Assembly (NCBI GenBank): GCA_965205505.1
Contig: CBDBHB010000009.1
Span: 160,001 to 224,000, forward strand
DNA: 64,000 nt
Direction: 5' to 3'
DNA from: Acidobacteriota bacterium
GTDB lineage: Bacteria > Acidobacteriota > UBA890 > WLXD01
This document shows, one piece after another, positions 1 to 9,306 of this stretch. Position numbers and translations under genes: made by a program. Positions within the stretch are counted from its first letter, which is position 1. Every line of letters begins with the position of its first letter. The notes beneath the pieces were generated by a model. The model saw only the letters and a list, made by a program, of their open reading frames with translations, was not told where the DNA came from and searched no databases.

Positions 1-1482
1 GCGCGGAGCCAGTACCCTACGTAGGTCCGGCGCCGGGGAGTGCTCTTGACCCGTCTCCAGATCGCGGACAACGAGAATCGTGGGCCCGAGGCCGGCGGGC
101 AGCATGCCCCGGTCGGACAAGTAGACCATGCGCCGCCCGTCGGCAGATAAAGCAGGCGAACGATTGACCCCGACGAACCGGCTGCCGATAGCTACCCGCT
201 CACCGATGGCGCCGGTCTGCGGATCGATGGTAGCGGTGTAGATATCGTCGAGGCTGATCTGCTGCGCGTAGACCAGCGCCCCATGATCGGCAAAGCCGAG
301 CGGGATGCTACGCCCGAAGTCCGGCTTGACGAGCTGCGGCTCCCTGCGCCTGCGGCCATCGCGGCCTACCTGGACGACCCATGCCGCCAGCGTCCCCGTA
401 CGGTCGCTGACGAACAGCACGTGCCTGCCGTCCGTGGTCCAGATCGGCAGCAGGTCGTTGGCGGGGTGATCTACGAGCTTGGTGGTCACCGAGCCGTCGC
501 TGGCGATCAGCAGGATATCGTGGGTACCGTCGTCGTCGCGATGGTGGTATGCGATCCAGCGCCCGTCGGGCGACAGTCGCGCGGTTACGGACGCCGTCGC
601 GCCCAGCTCGGCCACCACGCGGATGCTGCCATCTTCGATCGAGATCAGCACTAGCTCGTGGGTGGTTTCGTCGACATCCACCACGGCCAAGAGATCACCG
701 CCGTCCGTTGACCAACTCTTGAGCTCGACTTGACGAGGTCGCATCCAACCGGTGAGCACCGTGCGCTCCTCGGACCCGTCCACCGAGATGATGCGGATCT
801 CGCAGCCAGTCTCGGGCGAGCTCCGCGTATAGGCGATGCTTCGGCCGTCGGGTGATACAACGCTCGAGCGCCACATGTTGCTGTCGAGGGCGCTACCGAG
901 ATCGGTCACGGCACGCTGGAAACCTCGGTCCAGGTCGTGGATCGCGAGGCTACCGGAGGCGGTGTCGACGAACGAAATGAAGCTCCCGTCAGGCGACAGC
1001 GCGCCGAACGCGTAGGCGTCGGACCCTTCCAAGAGTCGGCGGGCGACCATCGAGTTGCCCACGCCGATGCGCAGCTCGTCGCCCAGCACGGCTCGCGCCA
1101 GGCGCACGAGCTCGCCGAGTCGCGGATCCATAGCGTAGTTCGTGACGATCCGCCGGTGGTGCGCCAGCGCCTCCTCCACGCGACCGACTCGCGAAAGCAA
1201 CACCGCAAGACGAAACTCAGCAACGGCCGCCAGCGGTGCATCAGCATCCGGCGCGCCGAATGCTCGCTCGTACGAAGCAATGGCCGCCTCGGGATTGCCT
1301 ATCGCCTCCTCGAGATGGATGGCTCGCTGCAGGAGCTGACGCGCCGATTCGGGTGCCTGTGGAATCGCGGCGCCGGCGGCGTTCCCATTCGCCACGAGCA
1401 TGGCGCCGCAGAGCGCGACGGTCACGCCGACGATCGTTGCCCCCCGGGAGCGAGAGGCAGTCGGACCGAAGCCAGGGATCAT
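1..1482 (-). CDS. Exported TPR + TolB-like (PD40) beta-propeller protein, runs off left edge
   Basis: Not in the ORF track (no stop in window). ATG overlaps the regulator stop (ATGA, 1479-1482). Manual translation of the N-terminal part gives a hydrophobic leader, TPR-like helices (ARQLLQRAIHLEEAIGNPEAAIASYERA) and SPDG repeats (LSPDGSFISFVD, VSPDGRSIAY). Confidence 0.8.
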   Translation of the reverse strand, partial: MIPGFGPTASRSRGATIVGVTVALCGAMLVANGNAAGAAIPQAPESARQLLQRAIHLEEAIGNPEAAIASYERAFGAPDADAPLAAVAEFRLAVLLSRVGRVEEALAHHRRIVTNYAMDPRLGELVRLARAVLGDELRIGVGNSMVARRLLEGSDAYAFGALSPDGSFISFVDTASGSLAIHDLDRGFQRAVTDLGSALDSNMWRSSVVSPDGRSIAYTRSSPETGCEIRIISVDGSEERTVLTGWMRPRQVELKSWSTDGGDLLAVVDVDETTHELVLISIEDGSIRVVAELGATASVTARLSPDGRWIAYHHRDDDGTHDILLIASDGSVTTKLVDHPANDLLPIWTTDGRHVLFVSDRTGTLAAWVVQVGRDGRRRREPQLVKPDFGRSIPLGFADHGALVYAQQISLDDIYTATIDPQTGAIGERVAIGSRFVGVNRSPALSADGRRMVYLSDRGMLPAGLGPTILVVRDLETGQEHSPAPDLRRVLAPR

Positions 1483-2171
1483 GGGATGAACTTGTAGCCG
1501 GCGCCGCGCACCGTCAACAGGTGACGTGGGTTCTGCGAGTCGGCCTCGAGCTTCTGCCGCAGGCGATACATGAATGTGTCGATAGTGCGCGTCGTCGGGT
1601 ACGCGTTTAGCCCCCACACGTCATCGAGCAGCCGATCGCGAGTGATCACCTCGTGCGGATGCTCGATCATCAACCGCAACATGGCCACCTCACGGTCGGT
1701 GAGGTCGTACTGCTCGGAGCCCTTGAACACCACGTATTGCCCGAAATCAACCACCGCAGCGCCGATCTCGACCCGTTCGCCGCCGCCGTTTTCATCGCCG
1801 GCACGACGAAGGTGAGCCCGCACGCGTGCCAGCAGCTCCTTCACGCTGAACGGCTTGGTGACGTAGTCATCCGCGCCGGTATCGAGCCCCTCGACCTTGT
1901 CCCCCTCCTGCGACTTCGCTGTGAGCATGATTATCGGGGTGCGGATACCCCTTCGGCGCAGCTCCCGACAAACCTGAATGCCGTCGCGCTTAGGCAGCAT
2001 CACGTCGAGAAGAATCAGGTCCGCGCGACCGGTCAACGCCAGCTCGATACCGACCTCGCCATCGGCCGCCACCAGCACGGCGAATCCGTGATGCTCGAGC
2101 GCGTCGCGGAGCCCGCTGGCCAGGTGAGGCTCATCCTCGATTACCAGGATTGTCGATCGGCGCTCACTCAA
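1479..2171 (-). CDS. OmpR/PhoB-family response regulator
   Basis: LVIEDE, LLDVMLP, ADDYVTKPF, and winged-helix C-terminus TVRGAGYKF. Confidence 0.97.
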   Translation of the reverse strand: MSERRSTILVIEDEPHLASGLRDALEHHGFAVLVAADGEVGIELALTGRADLILLDVMLPKRDGIQVCRELRRRGIRTPIIMLTAKSQEGDKVEGLDTGADDYVTKPFSVKELLARVRAHLRRAGDENGGGERVEIGAAVVDFGQYVVFKGSEQYDLTDREVAMLRLMIEHPHEVITRDRLLDDVWGLNAYPTTRTIDTFMYRLRQKLEADSQNPRHLLTVRGAGYKFIP

Positions 2172-4443
2172 GAGGATCCTTCTCGTTCGGTTGCTCGTCG
2201 AACTTCAGGCTCGTCGTACGCCGGCGTTGTTGCGCCTCGGGGTCGCGCGGCAGCACAACGGTGAAGGTCGTACCGTGGTTCGGCGTGCTCTCGACGTCGA
2301 TGCGACCGCGATGCGCGTCAACGATATGGCGCACGATGGTCAGCCCGATGCCGCTGCCGGCGACGGATCGGAGCTCGGGATTGTCAATACGGCAGAACGG
2401 GTCGAAGATTTGCTCGATGGCCTCGTTGGTCATGCCGACTCCGGTGTCTGAGACGTCGATCCGCACTCCATCGTCCTCGGGTGCCAGGGTCACGGCTACG
2501 TGCTTGTCGCCCTCGCCGATGTACTTGGAGGCGTTCGACAACAGGTTCACAAGCACCTGAGCGATGCCCTCGCGATCGATCCGCACCATCACCGGCTCGG
2601 TCGGAAGGTTGACCTCGAGCTCGATGCCAGCGGTCTCGAACGAGTATCGGTAGCGCTCGATGATATCGGCAATCAGGCGACTCAGATCGTCGGGCCGGAA
2701 GCGGAAATCGCGGCGGCCCGACTCGATACGTGAGAAATCGAGCACATTCTCTATGACGCCGGAAAGTCGCTCGCTCTCGTCGAGCATCACCTGGTAGTAC
2801 TCGGGCTTCTTGGACTCTGGGAGCCATCCGGCCCGGAGGTTCTCGGCGAACATGCGAATCAACGACAGCGGCGTCTTGAGCTCGTGCGAGACATTCGACA
2901 CGAAGTCCGAGCGGGCTCTCGCCAGTGCCACCTCGCGCGAGATGGTGCGGGTGGCGACCACCATCCCTCCTACCACGGCCAGGAAGGCGGCTATCAGCAG
3001 AACAGCGTAGTCCATCACGTCGCGTTGGCCCACCGCCGCCAAGGTGCCGGCGCGTGGGAAGGCGGCGATGCGCCAGCCCGGCAACGCCACCAAGGCGATC
3101 CGGGCGGTCACCTTGTCCTTCGGAGGTTCGCTCGTCGTTGCTATCACGATCTCGTTGGCTGAATCCAGCAGGGCGACACCGTGTCCGCGCCAAGGGCCAT
3201 CTTCTTCCAGCAGGTAGGCCAGTAGCCACTTGACGGTGGCGGGTCGCCACCGCCGGATGAGTCGCCATCCGGTGTTGCCACGCTCGGCGAACACGGTAGC
3301 GCCGCTGACGTCGGCCTGGAGGTTCAGGTAGCTGGTCCGCCACTCCGTCGCGTCGCGTCCGTCGCGCGGATCGCTGGAGACGTCGGTGTTGGAGATCGAG
3401 CGCAGGGCGCGCCTTCCAAGGCCGGTGGAGGTAGCGACGGCCTCGAGTTGCGATGCCTGTCGAACCAGCACGGTGAGCGACGAATCCACGCTCTCGAGAT
3501 CACGATCGCTCGCCAGGATCTTGTCGAGCTGTTGGATCTGCGCTTCGCTTAGCTGGTGCCCGCGCACGGCCGCTTCGAGCTCGCCGCGATAGAACTCGTA
3601 AACGTCGGCATCGAGGTTGAAGCGGTGCTCGATCAAGAATTCGAACGCCCTGAACGTGCTCTCACAGGCGGCCGGTTCGTTGCCGCTCTCGTGGAGCGCG
3701 TTACTCTCCTGCAGGCGTGCCACCACTGCCCAGCGCGACAACTCAGCGTCGAACGGATCGGCGATCTCGACAATGCGCGCGTAGGTTTCGACGGCGCCGA
3801 CCGAACGACCGACCTTTCGTTGAGTGCGCGCCAGCGCGTTGAGCGCGCGGACGCGATCGGTGCCGGTGACGGCCGCCCCCGCCGCGCGGCGGTACATGCG
3901 CTCTGCCATCGTTAGATCGTGCGTTCGCAGCTCGGCGTCCTGACCTCGATCGAAGAGCCATACCGAGGAGTCATCGGTCGGCAACAGAGTTCGAGCGAGC
4001 TCGGCGGAAAAGCTCGGCACCACATTGGTGTCGCTTGCCCGTACCGGGTACACGATGCGCCCGTCGGGGGCGAGCATCAGCATGGGTCGCAGTGCCGGGA
4101 AAGTGCGCTCAGCTTCGTGCAACCTCCGGATGACGCTCTGGTCGGTCCACGGACCCTCCCCGAGCTCGTCGAGCAGCTCACGCTCCCACTCCGCCATGGT
4201 CTCGTCGAGCTTCGTAGTAACTAGGTCCGCAATGCGGACGTAGCGCTCCTCGACAAGCAGCTGACGGGTTGCGGCGCGCTGACTGATCGAGACGATGCTG
4301 ACCACCGCCAGGATAAGGATGGGCAGCATGAACGCCGCGATCAGCCCAAGGCCCGCTCGCGACGTCCAACGAATACCGGACCAGCCGGGCGGCCGCGATT
4401 TCCACCGGCGCATAGAAACTCCCATGAATGGGAATATTCCCAT
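2164..4443 (-). CDS. Membrane sensor histidine kinase with TPR-like extracytoplasmic region
   Basis: Two TM segments; H-box VSHELKTPL, N-box NLLSNASKY, G1 DTGVG, G2 GSGIGL. True start may be about 4413. Confidence 0.95.
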   Translation of the reverse strand: MGIFPFMGVSMRRWKSRPPGWSGIRWTSRAGLGLIAAFMLPILILAVVSIVSISQRAATRQLLVEERYVRIADLVTTKLDETMAEWERELLDELGEGPWTDQSVIRRLHEAERTFPALRPMLMLAPDGRIVYPVRASDTNVVPSFSAELARTLLPTDDSSVWLFDRGQDAELRTHDLTMAERMYRRAAGAAVTGTDRVRALNALARTQRKVGRSVGAVETYARIVEIADPFDAELSRWAVVARLQESNALHESGNEPAACESTFRAFEFLIEHRFNLDADVYEFYRGELEAAVRGHQLSEAQIQQLDKILASDRDLESVDSSLTVLVRQASQLEAVATSTGLGRRALRSISNTDVSSDPRDGRDATEWRTSYLNLQADVSGATVFAERGNTGWRLIRRWRPATVKWLLAYLLEEDGPWRGHGVALLDSANEIVIATTSEPPKDKVTARIALVALPGWRIAAFPRAGTLAAVGQRDVMDYAVLLIAAFLAVVGGMVVATRTISREVALARARSDFVSNVSHELKTPLSLIRMFAENLRAGWLPESKKPEYYQVMLDESERLSGVIENVLDFSRIESGRRDFRFRPDDLSRLIADIIERYRYSFETAGIELEVNLPTEPVMVRIDREGIAQVLVNLLSNASKYIGEGDKHVAVTLAPEDDGVRIDVSDTGVGMTNEAIEQIFDPFCRIDNPELRSVAGSGIGLTIVRHIVDAHRGRIDVESTPNHGTTFTVVLPRDPEAQQRRRTTSLKFDEQPNEKDPLE

Positions 4444-4584
4444 GAAGATCCGAAGGCCCGGTCAACGCTTTGTCAACATGCGAGGGAGCGCGCCGAGGGA
4501 CGGGGCACTCGCGGCCACCGGGCTGGTGCAACCTTGTTCGGAAGCTCGCTCGCACCGCTGAAGGCGCCGCAAGGACCGAAAACA

Positions 4585-4598
4585 TGGCGGAGGGGGTG
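4585..4598 (-). other. tRNA 3'-end fragment (CACCCCCTCCGCCA), probable att site
   Basis: Ends in TCCGCCA as tRNA-Ser/Sec do; no T-loop or rest of a tRNA adjacent; lies about 220 bp upstream of a P4-type integrase. Confidence 0.6.
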
Positions 4599-4814
4599 AC
4601 CGCTATTTGACGGTTCCGTCATGTTCTCTTACCTTTCTAAAATGTCCTAGAACACCAATATATACAGATAGTTACAGTTACTACGACCGCCTTGCGTGTT
4701 CCATCGAAATCCGTTACATTCCAGATTGTAATTGTATATGGGATTGTTGTTTCTGAGTTCTACCCCTCCGCCCACAACCACTACATACGGTATCGCGGCA
4801 GCAGGACGGACACC

Positions 4815-6023
4815 ATGCCCAAGCAGCGCGGCAGCAGGCATCCGGTCAAGGCGCTGAGCGCCCAGTTTGTGCGCAATGCTCCGCCAGGCTTCTATTGCGA
4901 CGGCAGCGGACTGAACTTGCGCGTGGACCCGTCGGGCGTGCGGCGTTGGGTGCAGCGGCTTGTGATCCAAGGCCGGCCACGGACGCTGGGCCTGGGAGGC
5001 TGGCCGCTGGTGTCGCTGTCCGAGGCCCGCGAGGTGGCGTTTGCAAACCGCAAGCTGGCACGCGCTGGCGGTGACCCGCTGAGCGACAAGCGCAAGGCCC
5101 GGGATACGCCGAGTTTCGCGCAAGCGGCTGCAAAGGTGATCGAGATGCACCGCCCTGGCTGGCGCAACGCCAAACACGCGGCGCAGTGGGAGTCCACGCT
5201 TGCTACGTATGCCTTCCCCCGCATCGGTGCGATGCCGGTGTCGGAGGTAACAACGGCCGAGGTGTTGGAGGTACTGGAACCGATCTGGCATGAAAAGCCC
5301 GAGACCGCACGCAGGGTACGTCAGCGCATCGGTGCGGTGATGAAGTGGGCCGTGGCGCAGGGGTACCGTGGCGACAACCCGGCCGGTGAGGCCATCGCCC
5401 ATGCGCTGCCACGGCACAGCAAGGTCAGAGCCCACATGCGCGCCTTGCCTCATGCCAAGGTGGCCGGTGCAATCGAGGCGGTGCGGGCTTCGGATGCCTC
5501 GATGAGTGTGAAGCTGGCCTTCGAGTTTCTGGTGTTGACGGCATCCCGCTCCGGCGAGGTGCGGTTGGCTACGTGGCAGGAGATGGACCGGGAGGCGGGG
5601 GAGTGGACAGTTGCGGCCGAGCGCATGAAGTCGAAGCGTGCCCACCGGGTACCGCTGTCGACTCGAGCCTTGGAGATCCTGAGCCAGGCGCGGGCACTGT
5701 CGGATAGGGAGACACTGGTGTTCCCAGGCTCGCGAGCTGGTAAGCCGCTGTCGGACGCAACGTTTTCCAAGCTCATGCGGCAGCTGGGTATCGCCGCGGT
5801 ACCGCACGGGTTCCGCTCATCGTTCCGGGATTGGGCGGCGGAGTGCACCAACGCACCGCGGACGGTCATGGAGGCGGCCCTGGCGCATGTAGTACGCGAC
5901 CGGACCGAGGCGGCCTATGCGCGCTCCGACCTGCTGGAGCGCCGCCGGCAGCTAATGAACGACTGGGCCGCTTACCTGAGCGCTGAGGGCGGCAAGGTGG
6001 TACCAATGCTGCGTCCTGCCTAG
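4815..6023 (+). CDS. P4-like tyrosine integrase with arm-binding domain
   Basis: N-terminal DGSGLNLRV..LGLGGWPLVSLSEAR; catalytic residues in ASRSGE, MKSKR, HGFRSSF, LAH, AAY. ATG at 4815 follows GGA-rich sequence. Confidence 0.95.
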   Translation: MPKQRGSRHPVKALSAQFVRNAPPGFYCDGSGLNLRVDPSGVRRWVQRLVIQGRPRTLGLGGWPLVSLSEAREVAFANRKLARAGGDPLSDKRKARDTPSFAQAAAKVIEMHRPGWRNAKHAAQWESTLATYAFPRIGAMPVSEVTTAEVLEVLEPIWHEKPETARRVRQRIGAVMKWAVAQGYRGDNPAGEAIAHALPRHSKVRAHMRALPHAKVAGAIEAVRASDASMSVKLAFEFLVLTASRSGEVRLATWQEMDREAGEWTVAAERMKSKRAHRVPLSTRALEILSQARALSDRETLVFPGSRAGKPLSDATFSKLMRQLGIAAVPHGFRSSFRDWAAECTNAPRTVMEAALAHVVRDRTEAAYARSDLLERRRQLMNDWAAYLSAEGGKVVPMLRPA

Positions 6024-6122
6024 AGAGTCCTGATGCCCATCCAGTGTGACAGTGCAGCAGAGCCTGCCCGTCGCGCTGCGTCACCCTCAGGCGCAGGTTG
6101 CGGTCCTCGTACGCTGGAGATG

Positions 6123-6344
6123 TCACTCTGCCGACGGGGAAGGGCCAGGCTCATCACCCCTGGGCATGGCAATCGGACGGCTATCTGCCCACTCTTGGAT
6201 ATCCTCCTGTCGCCAGGCTACGGCACGGCGGCCAATGCGCACCGGACGGGGAAACTCCCCCGCCTCCATCGCAGCGTAGATCGTGGAGCGTGAAAGCCCA
6301 GTCAGCTCCTCGACGTCGGCGCGGCGAAGGAATCTAGTCGTCAT
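6123..6344 (-). CDS. AlpA-family excisionase/regulator
   Basis: FLRRADVEELTGLSRSTIY..GEFPRPVRIGRRAVAW; convergent with the integrase. Confidence 0.93.
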   Translation of the reverse strand: MTTRFLRRADVEELTGLSRSTIYAAMEAGEFPRPVRIGRRAVAWRQEDIQEWADSRPIAMPRGDEPGPSPSAE

Positions 6345-6468
6345 CGTTCGTCTCCCCCTCCGAGGCTCTGCGCAGAAGCTTACGGAACGCTGTTGGGTCC
6401 TTTGACCTGACCCCCCAAAACGGATCCAGAGGTAATCTCACGATCTGGGTCGAAAAGGGGAGGTCAGA

Positions 6469-6747
6469 ATGCCGACGAAGAGGCACAGCGCCGAGCAGAT
6501 CGTACGCAAGCTCCGGGAGGCTGAAGTGGAGCAGGCGCAAGGCGGGACGGTCAAGGATGCCTGCCGCAAGCTAGCGATCACCGAGCACACCTACTATCGG
6601 TGGCGGCGGGAGTACGGGGGGCTGAAGGTCAACCAGGCCAGAAGGCTCAAGCAGCTGGAGAAAGAAAACGCCCGGCTCAAGAAACTGGTGGCGGAGAAAG
6701 AGCTCGACCTGTCGATCCTGAAGGAAGTCGCGGAGGGAAACTTCTGA
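6469..6747 (+). CDS. IS3 transposase OrfA
   Basis: [14 protein letters not shown] and leucine zipper [17 protein letters not shown]. Confidence 0.95.
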   Translation: MPTKRHSAEQIVRKLREAEVEQAQGGTVKDACRKLAITEHTYYRWRREYGGLKVNQARRLKQLEKENARLKKLVAEKELDLSILKEVAEGNF

Positions 6748-7640
6748 GCCCAGCTCGACGGCGCGAGGCGGTGGCGCATGTACGGGGGCGGCTGGGCGTC
6801 TCCGAGAGGCGGGCGTGCCGGGTACTGAAACAACCACGCACGACACACAGGTACATGCCAAGAGAACCGGGCGATGAGCAGATGTTGACGGAGCGGATCG
6901 TGGATCTAGCCCGACAATACGGGCGCTACGGGTATCGGCGAGTGACGGCGTTGTTGCGTATGGAGGGCTGGTGGGTGAACCACAAACGAGTGCAGCGTAT
7001 CTGGAGGCGTGAGGGGCTGAAAGTACCGACAAAGCAGCCCAAACGAGCCCGGCTGTGGCTCAGCGATGGCTCGTGCATCCGGCTGCGACCACAGCGCAAA
7101 GATCACGTCTGGGCGTATGACTTCGTTCATCACCGGACGCACGAGGGTCGGGCTATGAGGCTGCTGACGATCGTCGATGAGTACACACGAGAAAGCCTGG
7201 CGATCGATGTGGCACGGAAGCTCAACTGTGAGGACGTGCTCGAGCGGCTCGGGTGGTTGTTCGTGCACCGGGGCATACCTAAGCACATCCGGTCCGATAA
7301 CGGACCGGAGTTCACCGCCGAGGCGGTTCGCGACTGGCTCGGTAGGCTCGGTGTGGGCACGCTGTTCATCGAGCCGGGCTCGCCGTGGGAGAACGGCTAC
7401 GTGGAGAGCTTCAACGGCAAGCTCCGAGACGAGCTGCTCAACGGCGAGATCTTCTACACGCTCAAGGAGGCAAAGGTTCTGATCGAGAGATGGAGGCAGC
7501 AGTACAACCGCATGCGACCGCACAGCTCGTTGGGCTACCGACCACCGGCCCCGGAGGCGCTGTTGTTGAAGCCGGCTACGCTCTTGGAGGCGCTTCGCCG
7601 GCCTCAACAACCCCTTGTCAGCACCGAGTTACTGAGATAA
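6744..7640 (+). CDS. IS3 transposase OrfB (DDE), expressed by -1 frameshift
   Basis: [43 protein letters not shown]. Confidence 0.95.
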   Translation: MSPARRREAVAHVRGRLGVSERRACRVLKQPRTTHRYMPREPGDEQMLTERIVDLARQYGRYGYRRVTALLRMEGWWVNHKRVQRIWRREGLKVPTKQPKRARLWLSDGSCIRLRPQRKDHVWAYDFVHHRTHEGRAMRLLTIVDEYTRESLAIDVARKLNCEDVLERLGWLFVHRGIPKHIRSDNGPEFTAEAVRDWLGRLGVGTLFIEPGSPWENGYVESFNGKLRDELLNGEIFYTLKEAKVLIERWRQQYNRMRPHSSLGYRPPAPEALLLKPATLLEALRRPQQPLVSTELLR

Positions 7641-7979
7641 GACGTGGTACTAACCGTGGGGTCAGGTCACCTTGGCTTGAAGGCGCACCAGCTTGTTCAT
7701 TTCGAGCGCGGCTCTAATCGACTCAGGCGCTTCCTCTAGCAATCGTTCTTCCTGTGCGCCGAGCCAATCAACGACCTCACCTATTGTCCTAGCGTTGCCG
7801 AAGACCGGCGTCGTGGAGATCGTCAAGCTCGTGGGGTGACGAGCCTCGAAGCCCAGCTGACCTTCGATCAGATCCCCAAGAAATCGGCGGCGCGCACCGG
7901 CGACTTGATGCGGCGTGGGGTAATCGCCGGTGAAAACGGCAGCTTGGGTTAGCTCTTTGAAAATGAACGCATCGAGCAT

Positions 7980-8825
7980 CAACCCGAGGTCGACGGCGTG
8001 GTAGGTGTCGCCGATCACTGCGGGGCGGCCACGGACGATTCCTACTTTGGCCACTCCGGGCACCGTGCGCGCTCTGTCCAGGTCGGCCGAGATGAGCGGG
8101 CTCAGGTGCTCGTGATACGGCGACCGAAGGTATGCACCGTACAGCAGCCCGCCGGGACCGAGATCTCCGACATACTGCTGCGCACCGGTCACGATGTCGC
8201 GAGCCCGGACATCGTCCAGCTCCCTGTCCACGTACGACCCGGACAGCTCCTGGCGCGCTGGCGGCTCCAAGTCCACGAGCACGACACTGGAGACAACCAG
8301 CTGGCTCATGCCCACGGTCATGCTCGGGTCTGAGGCCGACACGACACCGCCGCGCCGGACCTGGACTTGCTCCGGGTCCAGTCCCAGAATCTCTGCCCCG
8401 GCCCGCCGCAGCGACATCGAAGCGGCCAGCGCAGTTTGCCAAAACCCCCATCCCACCTGCCGTGTGGCACTGCTGCCCTGGGTAGCTCCATCGTCAGGGC
8501 ACAGCTGTGTGTCGCCCATCACCACGTCGACTGCCTTGGGCGGTATCTCGAGTGCCTGGCTGACGAGGGCGACGATGACCGTCTCCAGACCCTGGCCGAT
8601 CTCGGTGCGTCCGGTGAGCGCCGTTACCGTCCCGTTGGAGCCGATCAGCAGCCAATCGTGGTAGTCGAAGTTCTGCTTCACGTACCGGCAAACTTCGTCC
8701 GCGTTGTCAAAGCGCGCGAAGCGCGGTTGCTGGGACGGCGTTTCTCCAACCGGGAGGAAGCGAAAGCCGTAGGCTATGAATGTCCCGCCGGTGGAGGTGA
8801 TGAACTCGCGGCGTGGAAGCTTCAC
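7980..8825 (-). pseudogene. Truncated xanthine/isoquinoline oxidoreductase-family molybdopterin subunit (IorB-like)
   Basis: Tat-like PRREFI; GRTEIGQG, GDTQLCPDDGATQGSS, VTGAQQYVGD. Similarity stops near 7980 after about 280 aa, far shorter than the usual ~700 aa. Confidence 0.8.
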
Positions 8826-9304
8826 GACGCTGTCCGTCGGCGTGTTGAGGCCGCTTCGATCGACTCGATGATGTTCTGGTAGCAGCCGCAGCGACAGATG
8901 TTGTCGTCCATAGATTTGATGATCTGTTTGCGCGAAGGAGTGGGGCGCCTACGCAGCAGGTCCGTAGCAGTGATGATCATTCCGGCAGTGCAGAAGCCGC
9001 AGGCGAATCCGTTGTTGTCGATAAATGCTCGCTGCAGCGTCGTCAGCCGCCCATCCTCGGCAAGTCCCTCGATGGTGGTGATCTCATCACCAGCACGGAG
9101 GCTCCAGACCGGCACCGTACAGCTCGTCTGGCGGCGGCCGTTGATCAGCACGCTGCAAGCACCACAGATCCCCACTCCGCAGCCGAACTTGGTACCGGTC
9201 AGCCCGAGTCGGTCCCGCAGCGCCCACAGCAGCGCCTCGTCCGGATAAGCGTTCACCGTGCGGGCTTTCCCGTTTACGGTGATCGAGACGCGCGCGCGCT
9301 GCAT
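8822..9304 (-). CDS. (2Fe-2S)-binding small subunit (CoxS/IorA family)
   Basis: GTKFGCGVGICGAC, CGFCTAG, NICRCGCY; likely start ATG at 9304. Confidence 0.95.
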   Translation of the reverse strand: MQRARVSITVNGKARTVNAYPDEALLWALRDRLGLTGTKFGCGVGICGACSVLINGRRQTSCTVPVWSLRAGDEITTIEGLAEDGRLTTLQRAFIDNNGFACGFCTAGMIITATDLLRRRPTPSRKQIIKSMDDNICRCGCYQNIIESIEAASTRRRTAS

Positions 9305-9306
9305 AT

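Larger units (their letters stand above)
6403..7669 (+). mobile_element. IS3-family (IS407 group) insertion sequence, copy 1, 1267 bp
   Basis: Ends TGACCTGACCCC..GGGGTCAGGTCA; 4-bp target duplication CCTT (6399-6402 / 7670-7673); orfA/orfB with GGGAAAC slippery site at 6735-6741. Confidence 0.97.
6334..7980 (-). pseudogene. Hypothetical island gene interrupted by IS3 copy 1
   Basis: Removing 6403-7669 and one CCTT copy restores the frame ..VRLQAK-DPTAFRKLLRRASEGETNDDD*, whose end overlaps the AlpA start. Confidence 0.7.

Noticed and set aside
4560-4800. Intact tRNA next to the integrase
   Set aside because: Only the 3' acceptor-end sequence is present; no T-loop or cloverleaf.
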